Below are positions 37,006 through 50,103 of a stretch of DNA of 64,000 nucleotides, piece by piece (position 1 is the stretch's first letter; every line of letters starts with the position of its first letter). The notes beneath the pieces were generated by a model. It had not been told where the DNA came from, ran no database searches, and saw only the letters and a program-made list of their open reading frames with translations. The stretch is from Mobula hypostoma (Eukaryota). Both the position numbers and the translations under genes were made by a program. Location: assembly GCF_963921235.1 (NCBI RefSeq), contig NC_086097.1:90584001-90648000 (forward strand). The letters run 5' to 3'.

Positions 37006-37550
37006 TGGAACTCTTGCTTCGGCTAGCGGCTTAATGTAGGGGGTGATAGTCCCCGGCCCGGCCAAACTTAAGAAATCTCGTTTGAGTGGATGCTGCGTGA
37101 TGTCCCCTGTTACAAATCAGTACTCTGAAATAACAAACAGTACACAATATGTGATTAAACGATTAAGCTTTATAATTCTTACTTTGACTATATGGCTAGT
37201 AAAGAAACAGAAAAAGGAAAAAAAAGGCTCAATCTCATTAAGCAGTCTGTTGTGCAATGTTGGAGCCCACTGACAAGCTGATTGTTCACCATCAACCTCC
37301 TCCGATCGTCGCTGCCCTTCGGACTCTCGCTCCAAGTTCACCGCGACCGGTGGTCTACCAACTCTCTCCATTCGCTTCTTCCCTCCTCATCTCTCCCTGG
37401 CAAAAGACCACGAAAATCATCTCTTCCAGACTCACAAGAAAGAACAACAACATTCCAAACCCCGTTATCTCTAGTCATAACCCAAACATTGCTGCTACAG
37501 AGAAACCATTACATTATCAGTGAAACCTTACACTGCAGTGAAACCCTACA
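37006..37550 (-). mobile_element. LTR-like repeat
   Basis: TG…CA termini on the minus strand (TGTAGGGTTTCAC…GAGTTCCA). Similar layout to the neighbouring plus-strand element. No TSD found. Confidence 0.5.
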
Positions 37551-37617
37551 GTATGGTACACATGTGTTAAATCTGATCTTTAAAAGTTTAATGCCCTGGA
37601 TCACATCTTTACTCCCA

Positions 37618-38231
37618 TGTTGTGGGTGATTCACTTGGCAGCTCTGTAAGAGCAGTCAGTTCTGGTTTCAGCCTGTTTGGGTTATTGTTGAAGATGAGGG
37701 ATGATGTGGAATATGTGCCATCCAATTAGTGGGAGGTTTTCTTGGTGAGGGACAATAAGGTTGGTCTTGGATTTTTTTGTTCAGCAGGAGATGAAGAGAG
37801 AAGATGCTGGGGAGAACCAGACATAGCATACGATCCGGTGGGAGACCCGTTTGTTCAGGATGGATTGTGAGCGACGTTCGGAAGGTGGTGTGGGCATTCA
37901 CGCTGACCCAGGGCCCAGCGCGTGAGTGACAGAGAAGTTCAAGATTAGCACCAACTTGTGCACATTCGATTGTTTAATTAGAATGGGCCCTTTTCTTTTT
38001 GTTACTCTTTACTAACCTCTTAGTTAAGTTAAGATTTATAAATAAAATTCTTTTATTCGCACGCAGTGTGCTGTCTGTTATCTCATGACACTAATTTGTA
38101 ACAGGGTAGGGAATTACACAGCAGCCACACAGTCAGAGGTTTGGGGTGGGAGAGTACCTCAATCTCACGTTTGGCAGGGCTGGAGGTTGTCTTCCCTGGA
38201 CTTACGCAGCCAAGGAAACTGGAGGGTTTCA
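37618..38231 (+). mobile_element. LTR-like repeat
   Basis: AATAAA then …TTTGTAACAGGG…ACACAGCAGCCAC…GGGTTTCA, related to the adjacent element in opposite orientation. Left boundary uncertain. Confidence 0.45.
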
Positions 38232-39144
38232 TAAGAAAGGACACAATTTGAAGGATATGATCCAGGTACCTGTAGATGGGACTAGGCAGAAGATCCAACT
38301 AGATGGACTGAAGTTCATCTATGACTCCATGGCTCTAATTCAAACAGATATAATTCCATTTTCATTCAAAATGTCATTAAACCACAGTGATTACAGTTGT
38401 GCAAGTTGGTTGAAGAACTGAATGTTTGTGGGGAAGCAGCTGTTCTTCTAGCTGGTGGGACCTCAGGCTCCAGTCCAATGGGAGCTCTGAGAAGTTGGCA
38501 TGATCTGGATGGTGGGGGTCTTCGGTGATAGATATCTTTTTCTTGAGGCAGCACCTCATATTTCCAAATACTGTAGGAAATGGATTGCAGTTGGATCTAA
38601 ATCCTGGTATTCTCCCCTCAATAGCTCTATGGGTGTACTTTCACCAGAATGACCACAGTAATTCAAGGAGGCTGCTCACCAGCACTTTCTCGAGGATAAT
38701 TAGGGAGGGCAATATAAATACTGGCCTTGCCAGAAATTAAGAACGAGAAAAGCGAGAAGCTGATATCAGACTGTCACATCCCTGGATGTACTTGGCAATG
38801 CTCAGACCTTTACTTAAAACAATCTTTTCCAAAAATTGAATACTGTAAAATTCAAAGATATTGAAAAGCTTTCTAAAGTATCAAAAAATCACTTTACAAA
38901 ATACAAATTAACAAGGCTCTAATGAGGTTTATAAAAATGCAGACTAGGAAAGATTCTAAGAAGTCTTTATAAATTAATAACCCAAAAGAAAATCTTTTAA
39001 AATTAACAATGTTGACCGAGTTTAAATTAACCGAATCTCTCACAGCTGTTCTCTACCTTTGCACAGAATAGCAAAGAGTCCTTGTACTAACTCATCCTTG
39101 GAGTACTGCCTTCCTCTAGCAGGCAATAGCAGAGAGCAATTAGG

Positions 39145-39675
39145 AAATTGGTTTATTATTGTTATATGTACCGAGGTACTGTGAAAACTTGGTTTTGCAT
39201 AAAATCCATACAGATCATTTTATTACATCCTTGCATTGAAGTAGTACAAAGGGAAAGCAATACAGAATGCATAATTAAGTGTTACTTACAAATAATGTGC
39301 TGCGCAGGTGGACACTAAATTGACATTCTTATCATAATGAGGCAGAGTGTGAGGTCAATTGTTCATTTTACCATACTAGGGGACTATTAAATAGTCTGAT
39401 AATAGCATAAAGAAGCTGTCCTTGAGACCAGTGGTATGTGACTTCAGGATTTTGTATCTTCTGCCTGATGGGAATGAGGAGAAGGTACAATATCCAGGCT
39501 GGGTGAGATCTTTGCTGATATTGACTGCTTCACGGAGGCAGTGGGAAGTATAGACGTATTTGGAGGGGAGGCTGGTTTTTGTGATGTGCAGATAACTCTC
39601 TGAAGTTCCCTGTCTTAAAAAGAATGTTTGTCACACCAAGCTGTATTGTATCCAGAGAGGATGCTTTCTATTTCA
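39145..39675 (-). mobile_element. Degenerate Rex1/Babar-like 3' end
   Basis: TTTATT-containing tail and AGAAGCTGTCC…CTTCTGCCTGATGG motif shared with the other Rex1 copies. Confidence 0.55.
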
Positions 39676-40332
39676 ATTCATGCACAAATTATGTAACCGA
39701 ATTATGGAATAGTTATAGTGCAGAAGAAGGCCATTCAGCCCATCTGCCTGTTCTTCTACCTTCATTAATTCTGTATTAAATTCAATGCTGGACTCTGCCG
39801 GGAAGGTCTGTGACAATAGTGAGTACTTGGACACAAGTCGAGCCACTTTGTGGACAAAAATGACACTGAGCATCCTGCGAATGATGGGATTGAGCACCGG
39901 CTGCTTCTGCCACCTGATGGGATGTTGTGTGATCGATGATGGGAATGCAGGGCAAGAAGTGGGGTAGTCAGCCTCCCTCCCAGCAAAATGGAAAGACATC
40001 GTGATCGACTCAGGGTGAATCAGGTGCCAATTTGCCAAGGAGTTTCCTGACAAAAGGCACAGAGAGGCCTGGATATAATGCAGCAGCCCTGACCCATATA
40101 TTTACAGAGTGGATATCTGAGTGACAATTTTGCAATGGTAATTTTAAGTGCATGTGGCACAGTAATATGTCATTTCCAATGACAAAGCAGAAGAGCCTCA
40201 CACGAGTTTGCAAAGTAACCTGAAAGCTTGCAGCAGCATCACAGACACATAGCATTATATAAGCATCATTCACAAGATAAACATAAATTATACACAACTT
40301 TTTACAAGAGAGAACACAATTATTCAGAGTTG

Positions 40333-40372
40333 CCCTGAATTATTCCAGCATCTGAAGATTTCCTCGTGTTTT
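40333..40372 (+). mobile_element. 40-bp Penelope pLTR terminus with 18-bp TSD
   Basis: TGAATTATTCCAGCATCTGAAGATTTCCTCGTGTTT matches ~36501-36535. Flanked by CACAATTATTCAGAGTTG at 40315-40332 and 40373-40390. Confidence 0.75.
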
Positions 40373-40898
40373 CACAATTATTCAGAGTTGTACATCACAG
40401 AAACTTTAACCCACTGTGTCCATGCTGCCTGTTGTACCTACCCACATTAGTTCCACTTTCCTACAATAGGACGATGGTCCTCTAGGCCTTGGTGATTCAA
40501 ATGCTTGTCCAGATGCCTATTAAATGTCATGACAGTATCTGCCACCACCACTTCAGGCTGTGTATTCCAGAATCTATGTGAAAATATTCCCCTCAAATCC
40601 TAAACTACCAACTTCTTCAGTTTAAATGTATGTTATCTTGCATTTGATGCCGCAATGATGGGAAAATAGTTTCATAAGTTCAAGCTTCAAATTTGTTATC
40701 AAAGCACATATAAGAAATCATGTACAAAACTGAGATTCATTTTCTTGCAGGCATGCACAGCAAATCCAAGAAACACAATAGAATCAATGAGAAACCGCAC
40801 CCAACCGGATGGACAAACAACCAATGTGCAAAAGACATCAGTTGAAGTAACTGTCAAAGTTCAAAGTACACTTATTATTGAAGTATCTATACTATATA

Positions 40899-41190
40899 TA
40901 GTACTGTGCAAAAGACTTAGGTACAGATGAAAGGAAATTATAGGCCAATTAATCTGAGCTCAGTAGTTGGAAAGATGTTGGAGTCGATTGTTAAGGATGT
41001 GGTCTAAGGATACTTGGAGGCACATGATAAAATAGGCCGTAGTCACCATGATTTCCTCAAGGGGAAATCTTGCCTGATAAATCTGTTGGAATTATTTGAA
41101 GAAATGGCAAGCAGGATAGACAAAGGAAAATCGGTTGGTATATATATATATATAGAGCGAGGGAGCCAAAAACCTCTGCTCTGTTCTATA
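40899..41190. mobile_element. Tc1-like MITE interrupted by a 216-bp CR1 RT fragment (40924-41139, + strand)
   Basis: Left arm AGTACTGTGCAAAAGACTTAGG and degenerate right arm GAGCCAAAAACCTCTGCTCTGTTCTA. The insert is an inverted near-copy of 42551-42766. Confidence 0.7.
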
Positions 41191-41357
41191 GTAATTTAAT
41201 GCATTGCACTGTACTGCTGCCTCAAAAAAAAATTCATGACATATGTGAGTGAAGATAAACCTAATTCTGATGTGGTCCTTTATTGTGGACTGAGGAAGGG
41301 GCAGGGAGGAGTGAAATGTAGTTGAGATAGGAGAAGCAATAGTTTAGGGAAGGGGAA

Positions 41358-44300
41358 GACCATAAGGCCATAGGATATAGGAGCAGAATTAGGACATTTA
41401 GCCCATTGAGTCTGCTTCACCATTTCATCATGGTTGATTCATTTTTTATCTCAGCCCCAATGTCCTGCATTCTCCCCATATCCCTTCATGCCCAAACCAA
41501 TCGAGAATCTATCAACCTCTGCCTTAAATATACATAAAGGCTTGACATCCACAGCTTCCCGTGGCAACAAATCCCATAGACTCACTACTCTCTGGTTAAA
41601 GCAATTCCTCCTCACCTCTGCTGTAAAAGGACACCCATCTATTCTAAGGCTGTGTTCTCTAGTCTTAGACTCTCCCACCATAGGAAACATCCTCTCCACA
41701 TCCACTCTGTCAAGGTGTTTCAACATTTGATAGGTTTCAATGAGGTCACCCTCATTCTTCTGAATTCCAGTGAATACAGGAAAAGAGCCTTCAAGTGCTC
41801 TTCTTATGACATGCCTTTCAATTCTGGAATCATTTTTGTGAACTTCCATTCAACCTTCTTCATTTTCAGCACATCCTTTCTGAGATAAGTGGCCCAAAAC
41901 TGTCCACAATACTTCAAGTGAGGCCTCACCAGTGCTTTACAAAGTCTCAAAATTACATCCTTGTTTTTAAATTCCAACCCTCTTGAAATGAATGCTAACA
42001 TCTTATTTGCCTTCCTCACCACAGACTCAACATGCAAATTAACCTTCAGGGAATCCTGCACAAGGATTACCAAGTCTCCTTGTGCCTCAGATTTTTGTGT
42101 TTTTTCTCCATTTAGAATGTAGTCAACCCTTTCATTTCTTCTACCAAAGTGTATGACCATACACTTCCCAACACTGTATTCCATCTGCCATTTCTTTGAC
42201 TATTCTCCTAATCTAAGACCTTCCGTAGCTTCTCTACTTCCTCAAAACCACCTGCCCCTCCACCCATCTTTGTATCATCTGCAAACTTTGCAACAGAGCC
42301 ATGAACTCCATCATCCAAATCACGACATATAAAGCAAAAAGAGATGGTCCCAACACATACCCCTGAGGAACACTACTAGTCACTGGCAGCCAACTAGAAA
42401 AGACTCCTTTATTCCCACTCTTTGCCTCCTGCCAATCAGTCACTGCTTTATCCATGCTCGAATCTTCCCTGTAATACCATGGGCTCATAACTTGTTAAGC
42501 AGCTTCATGTGTGACACCTTGTCAAATGCCTTCTGAAAATCCAAATACACACCAACTGATTCTCCTTTGTCTATCCTGCTTGCCATTTCTTCAAATAATT
42601 CCAACAGATTTGTCAGGCAAGATTTCCCCTTGAGGAAACCATGTTGACTACAGCCTATTTTATCCTGTGCCTCCAAGTATCCTGAGACTACATCCTTAAC
42701 AATTGACTCCAACATCTTCCCAACTACTGAGTTCAGATTAATTGGCCTATAATTTCCTTTCATCTGCTCTTTCCCTTCTTGCAGAGTGGAATGACATTTG
42801 CAATTTTCCAGTCTTCCAGAAACATTCCAGAATTGAGTGATTCTTGAAAGATCATTACTAATGCCTCCACAATCTCCTCAGCCGCCTCATTCAGCACACT
42901 AGGGGGTACACCATCTGGTCCAGGTGACCTATTTACCTTCAAACCTTTCAGTTTTCAAGAACCTTCTCCCTTGTAATGGTAACTTCACACACTTCTGACC
43001 CATGACACCTGTAACTTCTGGCATACTGCTAGCGTCTTCTACAGTGAAGACAGATTCAGTTGGTCTGCCATTTCCTTGTCTCTCATTACTACCTCTCCAG
43101 CATTGTTTTCCAGTGGACCAATGTCCACTCTCACCTTTCCTTTACACTTAATGTATCTGAAGAAACTTTTGGTATCCTCTTTAATATTATTGGCTAGCTT
43201 ACTTTCATATTTCATCTTTTCCTCTTAATGACTTTTTTTAGTTGCCTTCTGTTGGATTTTAAAGGCTTTCAAATCCTCTAACCTTGCACTAATTTTTGCT
43301 CTATTATATGCCCTCTCGTTGGCTCTTATCTTGGCTTTGACTTCTTTTGTCAGCCACGGTTGTGTCATCTTGCCTTTAGAGTACTTCTTTCACTTTGGCC
43401 AGCTCCTCCCTCAAGCTTCTGTAAGCCCCTTTACTCCACTGTAATACTGATACATCTGACTTTTAACTTCTCAAATTTCAGGGTGAATTCAGTCATATTA
43501 TGATCACTGGCCCGTAAGGGTTCCTTTACCTTAAGCTCTCTAATCAATTCTGGTTCATTGCACAACAGCCAATCCAGAATAACTGATCTCCTAGTGTGTT
43601 CAACCATGAGCTGCTCTAAAAAGCCATCTCATAGGCATTCTAGAAATCCCCCTCTTGGGATCCAGCGTGTACCTGATTTTCCCAAGCAACCTGCATATTG
43701 AAATCCCGCATGACTATTGTAACATTGTCCTTTTGGCGTGCATTTTCTATCTCCCATTGTGATCTGTAGACCACATCCTTAGTACTGTTTGGGGGTCTGT
43801 ATATAGCTCTCATCAGGGTCCTTTTACCCTTGCAGTTCCTGAGCACTACCCACAATTATTTAGCACCTTCCAACCCTGTGTCACCTCTTTCTAATGATTT
43901 GATTTCATTTTTTTTGCCAACAGATCCATCCCACCCCCTCTGCCTTCCTGCCTGTCTGTTCAATACAACGTGTATCCTTGGACGTTAAGCTCCCAACTAT
44001 AATCTTTCAGCCGTGATTCAGTGATGCCTACAACATCATACTTGCCAATTTGTAACTGTGCTACAAGTTCACCTATCTTATTCCGTATACGTGTGCAATC
44101 AAATATAACACCTTCAGTCTTATTTTCACTCTTTTCAATTTTGTCTGCCTTTTACATTGCAACTCATCCTGTTGACTGCAATTTTGCCCTATCCCCAGCC
44201 TCTCCTTACTAGGAGTCTCACTACATACTGCCTTTGTTTGTAAACCAGCTACCTCTTCCTCAACACTGTCACTGTGGTTCCAAGCCCCCTGGCAATCTAG

Positions 44301-45360
44301 TTTAAACCCACTGAACAATTCTAGCAAACCTGCCCACAAAGAAATTGGTCTCTTTCGGGTTCAGGTGCAACCTGCTGCTTTTGCGTAGGTTAGAATCCCA
44401 GAAGAGATTCCGATGATCCATCAGTCTGATCTCCTGTCCCCTGCACCAGTCCCTCAGCCAGGCATTCACCTGCCAAATCATCCTATTCTTACTCTCACTG
44501 GTGCGTGACACAGGCAGCAATCAAGATATTACTAACCTGGTGGTCCTGTTTTTCAGCTTTTTACCTAGCTCCTTAAAATCTCTCTTCAGGATCTCCTCAC
44601 CTTGTCTACCTATGTCATTGCCAATATGCACCAAGACTTCTGGCTGCTCCCCCTCCCTCTTGAGGATGCCATGGACCACATCTGAGACGTCGCTGACACA
44701 AGCACCTGAGATGCAACATACCATCCGGGTGTCTCTATCGCGTCCACAGAATGTCATCTCTGTTCCTCTGACTATGGGATCTCCTGCAAACACTGCAGTC
44801 CTCTCCACCACTCTGCTCTTCTGAGCCACAGCACCAGACTCAGTGCCAGAGACCCAGTCACTGTGGCTCCCCCCAGTAGATCATCCTCCTCAATAGTACC
44901 TAAAGTTATATACTTATAATTGAGAGGAACGGCTACAGGTGTACTCTGCACTAGTTGTGTAGTTCCCTTTCTTCTGCTGACAGTCACCCAGTCACCTGTC
45001 TCCTGCAATCTAGGGGTGACTACAGCTGTAGCTCCTGTCTATCACCTCCTCATTATCGAGCTGCAGCTCCAGTTCCTTAATACTTTCTCTCAGGAGTTGC
45101 AGCTCGATTCACCTGGTGCAGATGTGACTGGAGGTCTCCCAGACTTCGCACATCCCACCCACAGGACAAAACACTGCCCCTGGAGCCATTCTCATTACAC
45201 TACTATGCCCTGCCAGATGAGGAATGAACAAATAAGAACAAAAAGAGAGACAAGTACTAGAGAGATATTCTGTAATGATCAATAAACCAATTGTTTGGAA
45301 TCAAATGACCTTGCCTGGCGTCTCAGGGCTGCGGGTGTCTCTACTCGCGTCAGCCCTGCC
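41358..45360 (-). mobile_element. Near full-length degenerate CR1 LINE with ORF1 (SGNH-esterase-like) and ORF2
   Basis: ORF1 start MAPGAVFC (~45189) and VFAGDPIVRG…VCCISGA…VLVHIG.ND. ORF2 IYRPPNS, SPGPDG, YLDFQKAFDKV, RPHLKYC. Short repeat tail at ~41358. Many stops and frameshifts; 5' boundary approximate. Confidence 0.93.
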
Positions 45361-45482
45361 TCTGGCACTCTTTCTCTGCACCTGTCCCCCACCCCTCCTG
45401 TGGCGCTCCATTCTCGCCATTCCCAACATCTTTTGCTCCCACCAGATTTACAAACTCGCTCTCCATTCCACGTTGACAGATA

Positions 45483-45549
45483 CAGTAGCATGCAAATGTC
45501 TTAGGCACCATTACTATGTATATGTGCCAAAGACTTTCACACAGTACTG
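45483..45549. mobile_element. Tiny Tc1-like MITE
   Basis: Imperfect palindrome CAGTAGCATGCAAATGTCTTAGGCAC…GTGCCAAAGACTTTCACACAGTACTG after a TA; same family as the 40899 element. Confidence 0.7.
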
Positions 45550-46995
45550 GTACAAGCTTGAGATTCATCTCCTTACAGGCAGCCACAAGAGAAAGAAAAC
45601 CAAGAGAACCCATTAAAAGACTGTCAAACACCCAATGCGCAGAAAAACAAATTGTGCAAACAATAAAAGTAAGCAAATGAAGTTCACGAAAGTGAGTCCA
45701 CAGCCACGAAGCCAGTCATCACTGCAGCAGATCCAGGAGCCTGTTACTTCCAGGTCACATCCTCAGCTCGGCACAGGGACGAGTAAACCTCGCAGACAGT
45801 GAGCTGAATGCCAGCCCGACACCCTGACCTTCTCAATCTGTCCGGCGCTTAAATTAGTCAAACCTTGGGTCATTCCATGCTCTCAGACTTGGGCCCTGCC
45901 ACCTCGATTCAACACATAGCGGACCTTTCCATTCTGACGTGGTGCTTAAATCAGCCAAACAGCGGGTTGTTCATCACTTTCAGACCCAGGCTCTGCCGTT
46001 TTGATACGCTCTCGGCCCCACTGGCTCGATTCGGTCCATACCGGACCTCTCCAATCTGGCTCAGCACTTAAATCAGCCTAATAGCACGTTGTTCCTCACT
46101 GTCGAGCCCGGGACCCATTGCTTCAGCTCTGCTTCAGCTCACCCTGGTGGCGTTGCTTTGAATCATCTCCAAGTCTGCTCCAGCAACGGCCAAACATTGG
46201 CTCATTCCCCAGTCTCGGACCCCGGCCCCCACCACCTCGATTCGGCTTGTACCCGCCACGCGTCCTGCACCTTCAATACTTCAGTTCAGACTGGCCCAGG
46301 CAGTTCGAAAGCTCAGCTCTGAAGGAGAGGTTACAGGCAGTGCTGATTGCAGTGACTGTTTCTGAGAAAAAGTGTAATCGATAAGGTAGTTAATCATCTT
46401 GTTTGCTGCCAGCGAGTCGTTGTTGTGCTTCACCAGTGCTATCTTAAACCGGAAGCCAATAATGAAATCAAGTAACTAAAATAACTGGGCCCAGAACAGA
46501 CTCACTCTGTGACTCAAGCATTCCTTTCATTTTGCTCGTCCTCAAGGAGAACAGTGTGGGCCTCTGTCACCCACACTCTTCGGAAGTCTGATCAGAAACT
46601 GCTATTTTTATACAGAGTTGGCTTATCAGTCATGGATATTGATTATTATAAATTGTATATGTTGAATTCCCTACTCTCAAGGTCAATCACAATAGAGGTG
46701 TTAGAGTCAATTGAAATTTCAAGCAAACAGCCGATGATATTTTGAAGTTAGTAAAGAGATAGAGCTTTAGTTGTTGGGTGTGTTTCACATTCTTCCATTA
46801 TCTTGCCTGTCTTCAGCGCCCCCTACTGTGTGAATGGATGCAAAGTTTTAGGAAGACCTTTCTGGAGAAGTTTCGCTACAAAGGTCTCACTCGTTTGGCT
46901 TGAGTACACACCGCCTCAGTATCAAGTCAAGTCAAGTTTATCATCATTGAACTATATACAGTACATGTATATAACGTATATAACCATATAATGTA

Positions 46996-47838
46996 CAAGG
47001 GGTGATTGATATCGCGGCTTAAGGTAGAAGGAGTCAATTTTAGAAAACCTAGCACATTTATTTTCCAACATAGTCCCTGATGCACTATCAGTTACTCCAA
47101 AAGACTGGAAGTAGAGTAAATACTGGAAGGCTTTTATTAGCAGTAAAATGTGACTCGACCATGCTAAGTATCTGCCCTGGACTGAGAGGAGGAGCAGTGG
47201 CACAATCGCCTTTATTCAGGGTCTGTGGGAGGAGCCCCAGGAGCAGTCAGCAGAGGGGCGTGTCCAGACAGGTAACCCAGTTACCACATATAAATATATG
47301 GTTACCACAGTCCCCTCCTACATGTACACATTTAGTCCAGCTGTCATGAAGCATACCGATCTTGGACCTCTAGAAAGTGTCCACAGATGGGTGATTGATA
47401 AGTTTGTGGCCTAAGGTAGAAGGAGATGAGTTATACAGCTCTTGTTACATGCACATGCAGTTCAACTCTTTGAGTGATTATGCAGAAAGTTTGAAGTTAA
47501 TAACTCATCTCCTTCTACCTTAGGCCACAAACATCAATCACCCCTCATGTTATTAACTGATGAGTTATTAACTTCAAACTTTCTGCATTTTCACTCAAAG
47601 AGTTGAACTGCACATGCATGTAACAGAGCTGTATAACTCATCTCCTTCTACCTTAGGCCACAAACTTATCAATCACCCCTGCTGTGGACACTTTCTGGAG
47701 GTCCAAGATCCGTATGCTCCACGACTGCTGGACTAAGTGTGTAAACGGAGGAGGGGACCATGTTGAAAAATAAATGTGCTAGGTTTTCTAAAATTGATGC
47801 CGTCTACCTTAGGCCACAAACTTATCAATCACCCCTTG
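46996..47838. mobile_element. Fold-back non-autonomous mariner derivative
   Basis: TA-CAAGGGGTGATTGAT…ATCAATCACCCCTTG-TA termini and five TIR copies. Both arms carry a mariner-like transposase C-terminus (WTKCVNGGGDHVEK* at ~47730-47772 and its inverse). Confidence 0.88.
47078..47309 (-). mobile_element. Solo LTR inserted in the mariner derivative
   Basis: TG…CA termini, perfect 5-bp TSD GTCCC (47073-47077, 47310-47314), AATAAA on the minus strand. Confidence 0.85.
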
Positions 47839-47844
47839 TATATA

Positions 47845-48920
47845 GCAATGAGACAACGTTTCTCTGAACCAGGGTGTAAAGCACAGTAGTACACATAACA
47901 CATGATGACTTATGACGGTAAGGATAAAATCTACAGATGAATCACCCATAAATAACAAACTAAAGCGCATTAATATTAAATATTGTAAGGTACTGAACAG
48001 ATTAGCCAGTGACACTTTGAATACAATGTGGCAGGGAGCTCAGAAACTTAAAGGCCTGGGGGAAAATTCTGTTTATATTTTTATGCATCGGAGTCTCCTG
48101 CCTGATGGTAGAAAGTCTAAGAGGTTGCTAGATGGATGAGTGGGATCCTTGATATTACTAGGGGCCCTGTGTAGGCAGTGCTCCTGATAAAAGTTCCCAA
48201 AGGATGGTAGGGAGACCCCTATGATCCTCTCAGTTATGCCCATTGTCCTTCGTAGGGAATTCTGGTCGGATGCTTGACTGCAACTCATCAGGATGCTGTC
48301 AGTGGTGCTCCTGTAAAATGCAGCTGGGGGGGGCCGTCTTGTTTGCCTCAATCTAATTAGGAGGTGGAGGCACTGCTGTGCCTTCCTGTTCAGGGAGCTG
48401 ATATTAAATACGTCTCATATGTAGTAAGCAGAGCTGTCTCCAGTGGTCTCACTATCACTTGACTACAACTGCCTCTGGTTTATGTTGTCGTTACTGCAAC
48501 TTGTACACAACTAACTGCAAATACAAAAGAGAAAAAAAAGTACTAAATAAGTAAGGGATAAATATCGAGGATGTGAGATTAAGAGTCCTTGAAAGTGAGT
48601 CCATATATTATGGGAACAGTTCAGTGATAGGGTGAGTGAAGTGATTCCCTTTAGTTCAAGAGCCTGATGATTGAGGGGTAATAACTGTTGCTGAACTTGT
48701 GGTGTGAGTTCTGAGCTTTCTGTACGTCCTTCCTGATGGCAGCAGTGAGAAAAGAGCATGGCCTGATTGTGCACGTTCTTGATGATTGATGCTGCTTTCC
48801 TGTGACAAGGCTCTGTGTGCTCAATGGTAGGGAGGGCTTTACACGTGATGGCCTGAACCATATCCACTACTTTTTTTTAGGGATCTCTGTTCAAGGCCAT
48901 TGATGGCTCTGTACCAGGCC
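47845..48920 (-). mobile_element. Two degenerate Rex1/Babar 3' fragments
   Basis: FYRSTTDSIL…IKDPTHPS..L.DFLPSGRRLRCIK and AQ.IT.KALPTIEH…RKAASIIK remnants. Confidence 0.75.
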
Positions 48921-49779
48921 GTGTACTTCTCTATCCTGCTCATAACTTTATCCCTCTCTATCATGTCTCCCCTCAGTTCCTCCACTCCAGGGAAAATAAA
49001 CCCAGCCTATCTCAGACTATCTTCAAAACCATAATGCTCCAATCTAGGCAAAGCCCGGGACAATCTTTTCTTCATCCTTCAAGCGCAATCACAGTGTGAC
49101 AACCAGAAATTCTAGCCCTATTTTTAATATTGCATTTTTCATATAAGCCTTCTTGGATGCATAAAATGGTCTTCAGATTCAAATCTCCTGATTAATTATA
49201 AGCAACTTTTAACAAATTATTTAGACATACTTCCAACTAGCACAACGTCACCTATTAACTCTTTCATTAACCCAACCTATGCTTTATTGTCAAAAATTCA
49301 TTTTTGGAACATTTCAACTGGGCAGCATTATTAATGCTTAACATGTACACAATTTTTTTTGGAATGTATGTGTTTTCCTCTTGAGAGTTGGCTGCCAGTG
49401 AACACGAGCTTAGCTTGCTTGGAAATGATCAGCTACATCAGAATTTGCTTTAATTGCTGAGTTGAAGCAGCAAATTACCGATTCTCTATTTCACAGCCAA
49501 TTTAATTGCTTATAAGGTAATTCCATCAAAACAAAAGCACATGAAGTGTTAAAAATGAATGGATGTTTAAAACCTACTCCAGGGCCTCAAATAAATATGA
49601 GAGGAATTTGACTCTTGTAAGGAGACTGAAGTTATTCATCTTAGTCCCTTCCACAACATAAACTCCAAGGCTGCTTCTCCCACTCTAAGAAATCTTTTGC
49701 TTCTGACCCAGATGATTCCTGTTCTTGCTTCAGCACTGGGGTTTTCTACCACATATCCACTCCATCACTAAAACTTCCA

Positions 49780-50103
49780 TCCTCTCCTATCAGATTCCAT
49801 CTTTGCCTCTGCCACCTACCACATCCCAGCTTCTCATATTTTTCCTATTCACCTATACTCCACCTACCTACCTCCCCTCTCACCTGGATTCATCTATTGC
49901 TCACCAGCTCATGCTCCTCCCCTTCCCCCTGCACTATAATTGTGGTTTCTGCCATCTTCCTTTCCAGTTTCCAGTCCTGAAGAAGGGCCTCAGCCTAAAA
50001 TATTGACTGTTCATTTCCCTCCATAGATACTGCCTGACCTGCTGAGTTCCTCCATCATTTTGTGCGTGTTGCTTGAGATTTCTGGTATCTGCAGTCTCTC
50101 TTG
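49780..50103 (+). mobile_element. Degenerate Penelope pLTR with decayed hammerhead motif (49972-50009)
   Basis: Pyrimidine-rich tract, then CAGTCCTGAAGAAGGGCCTCAGCCTAAAATATTGACTG…CTGCCTGACCTGCTGAGTTCCTCC, homologous to 36400-36535. Confidence 0.75.

Noticed and set aside
44521..44829. Host GDSL/SGNH lipase gene
   Set aside because: It is the degenerate esterase-like ORF1 of the surrounding CR1.
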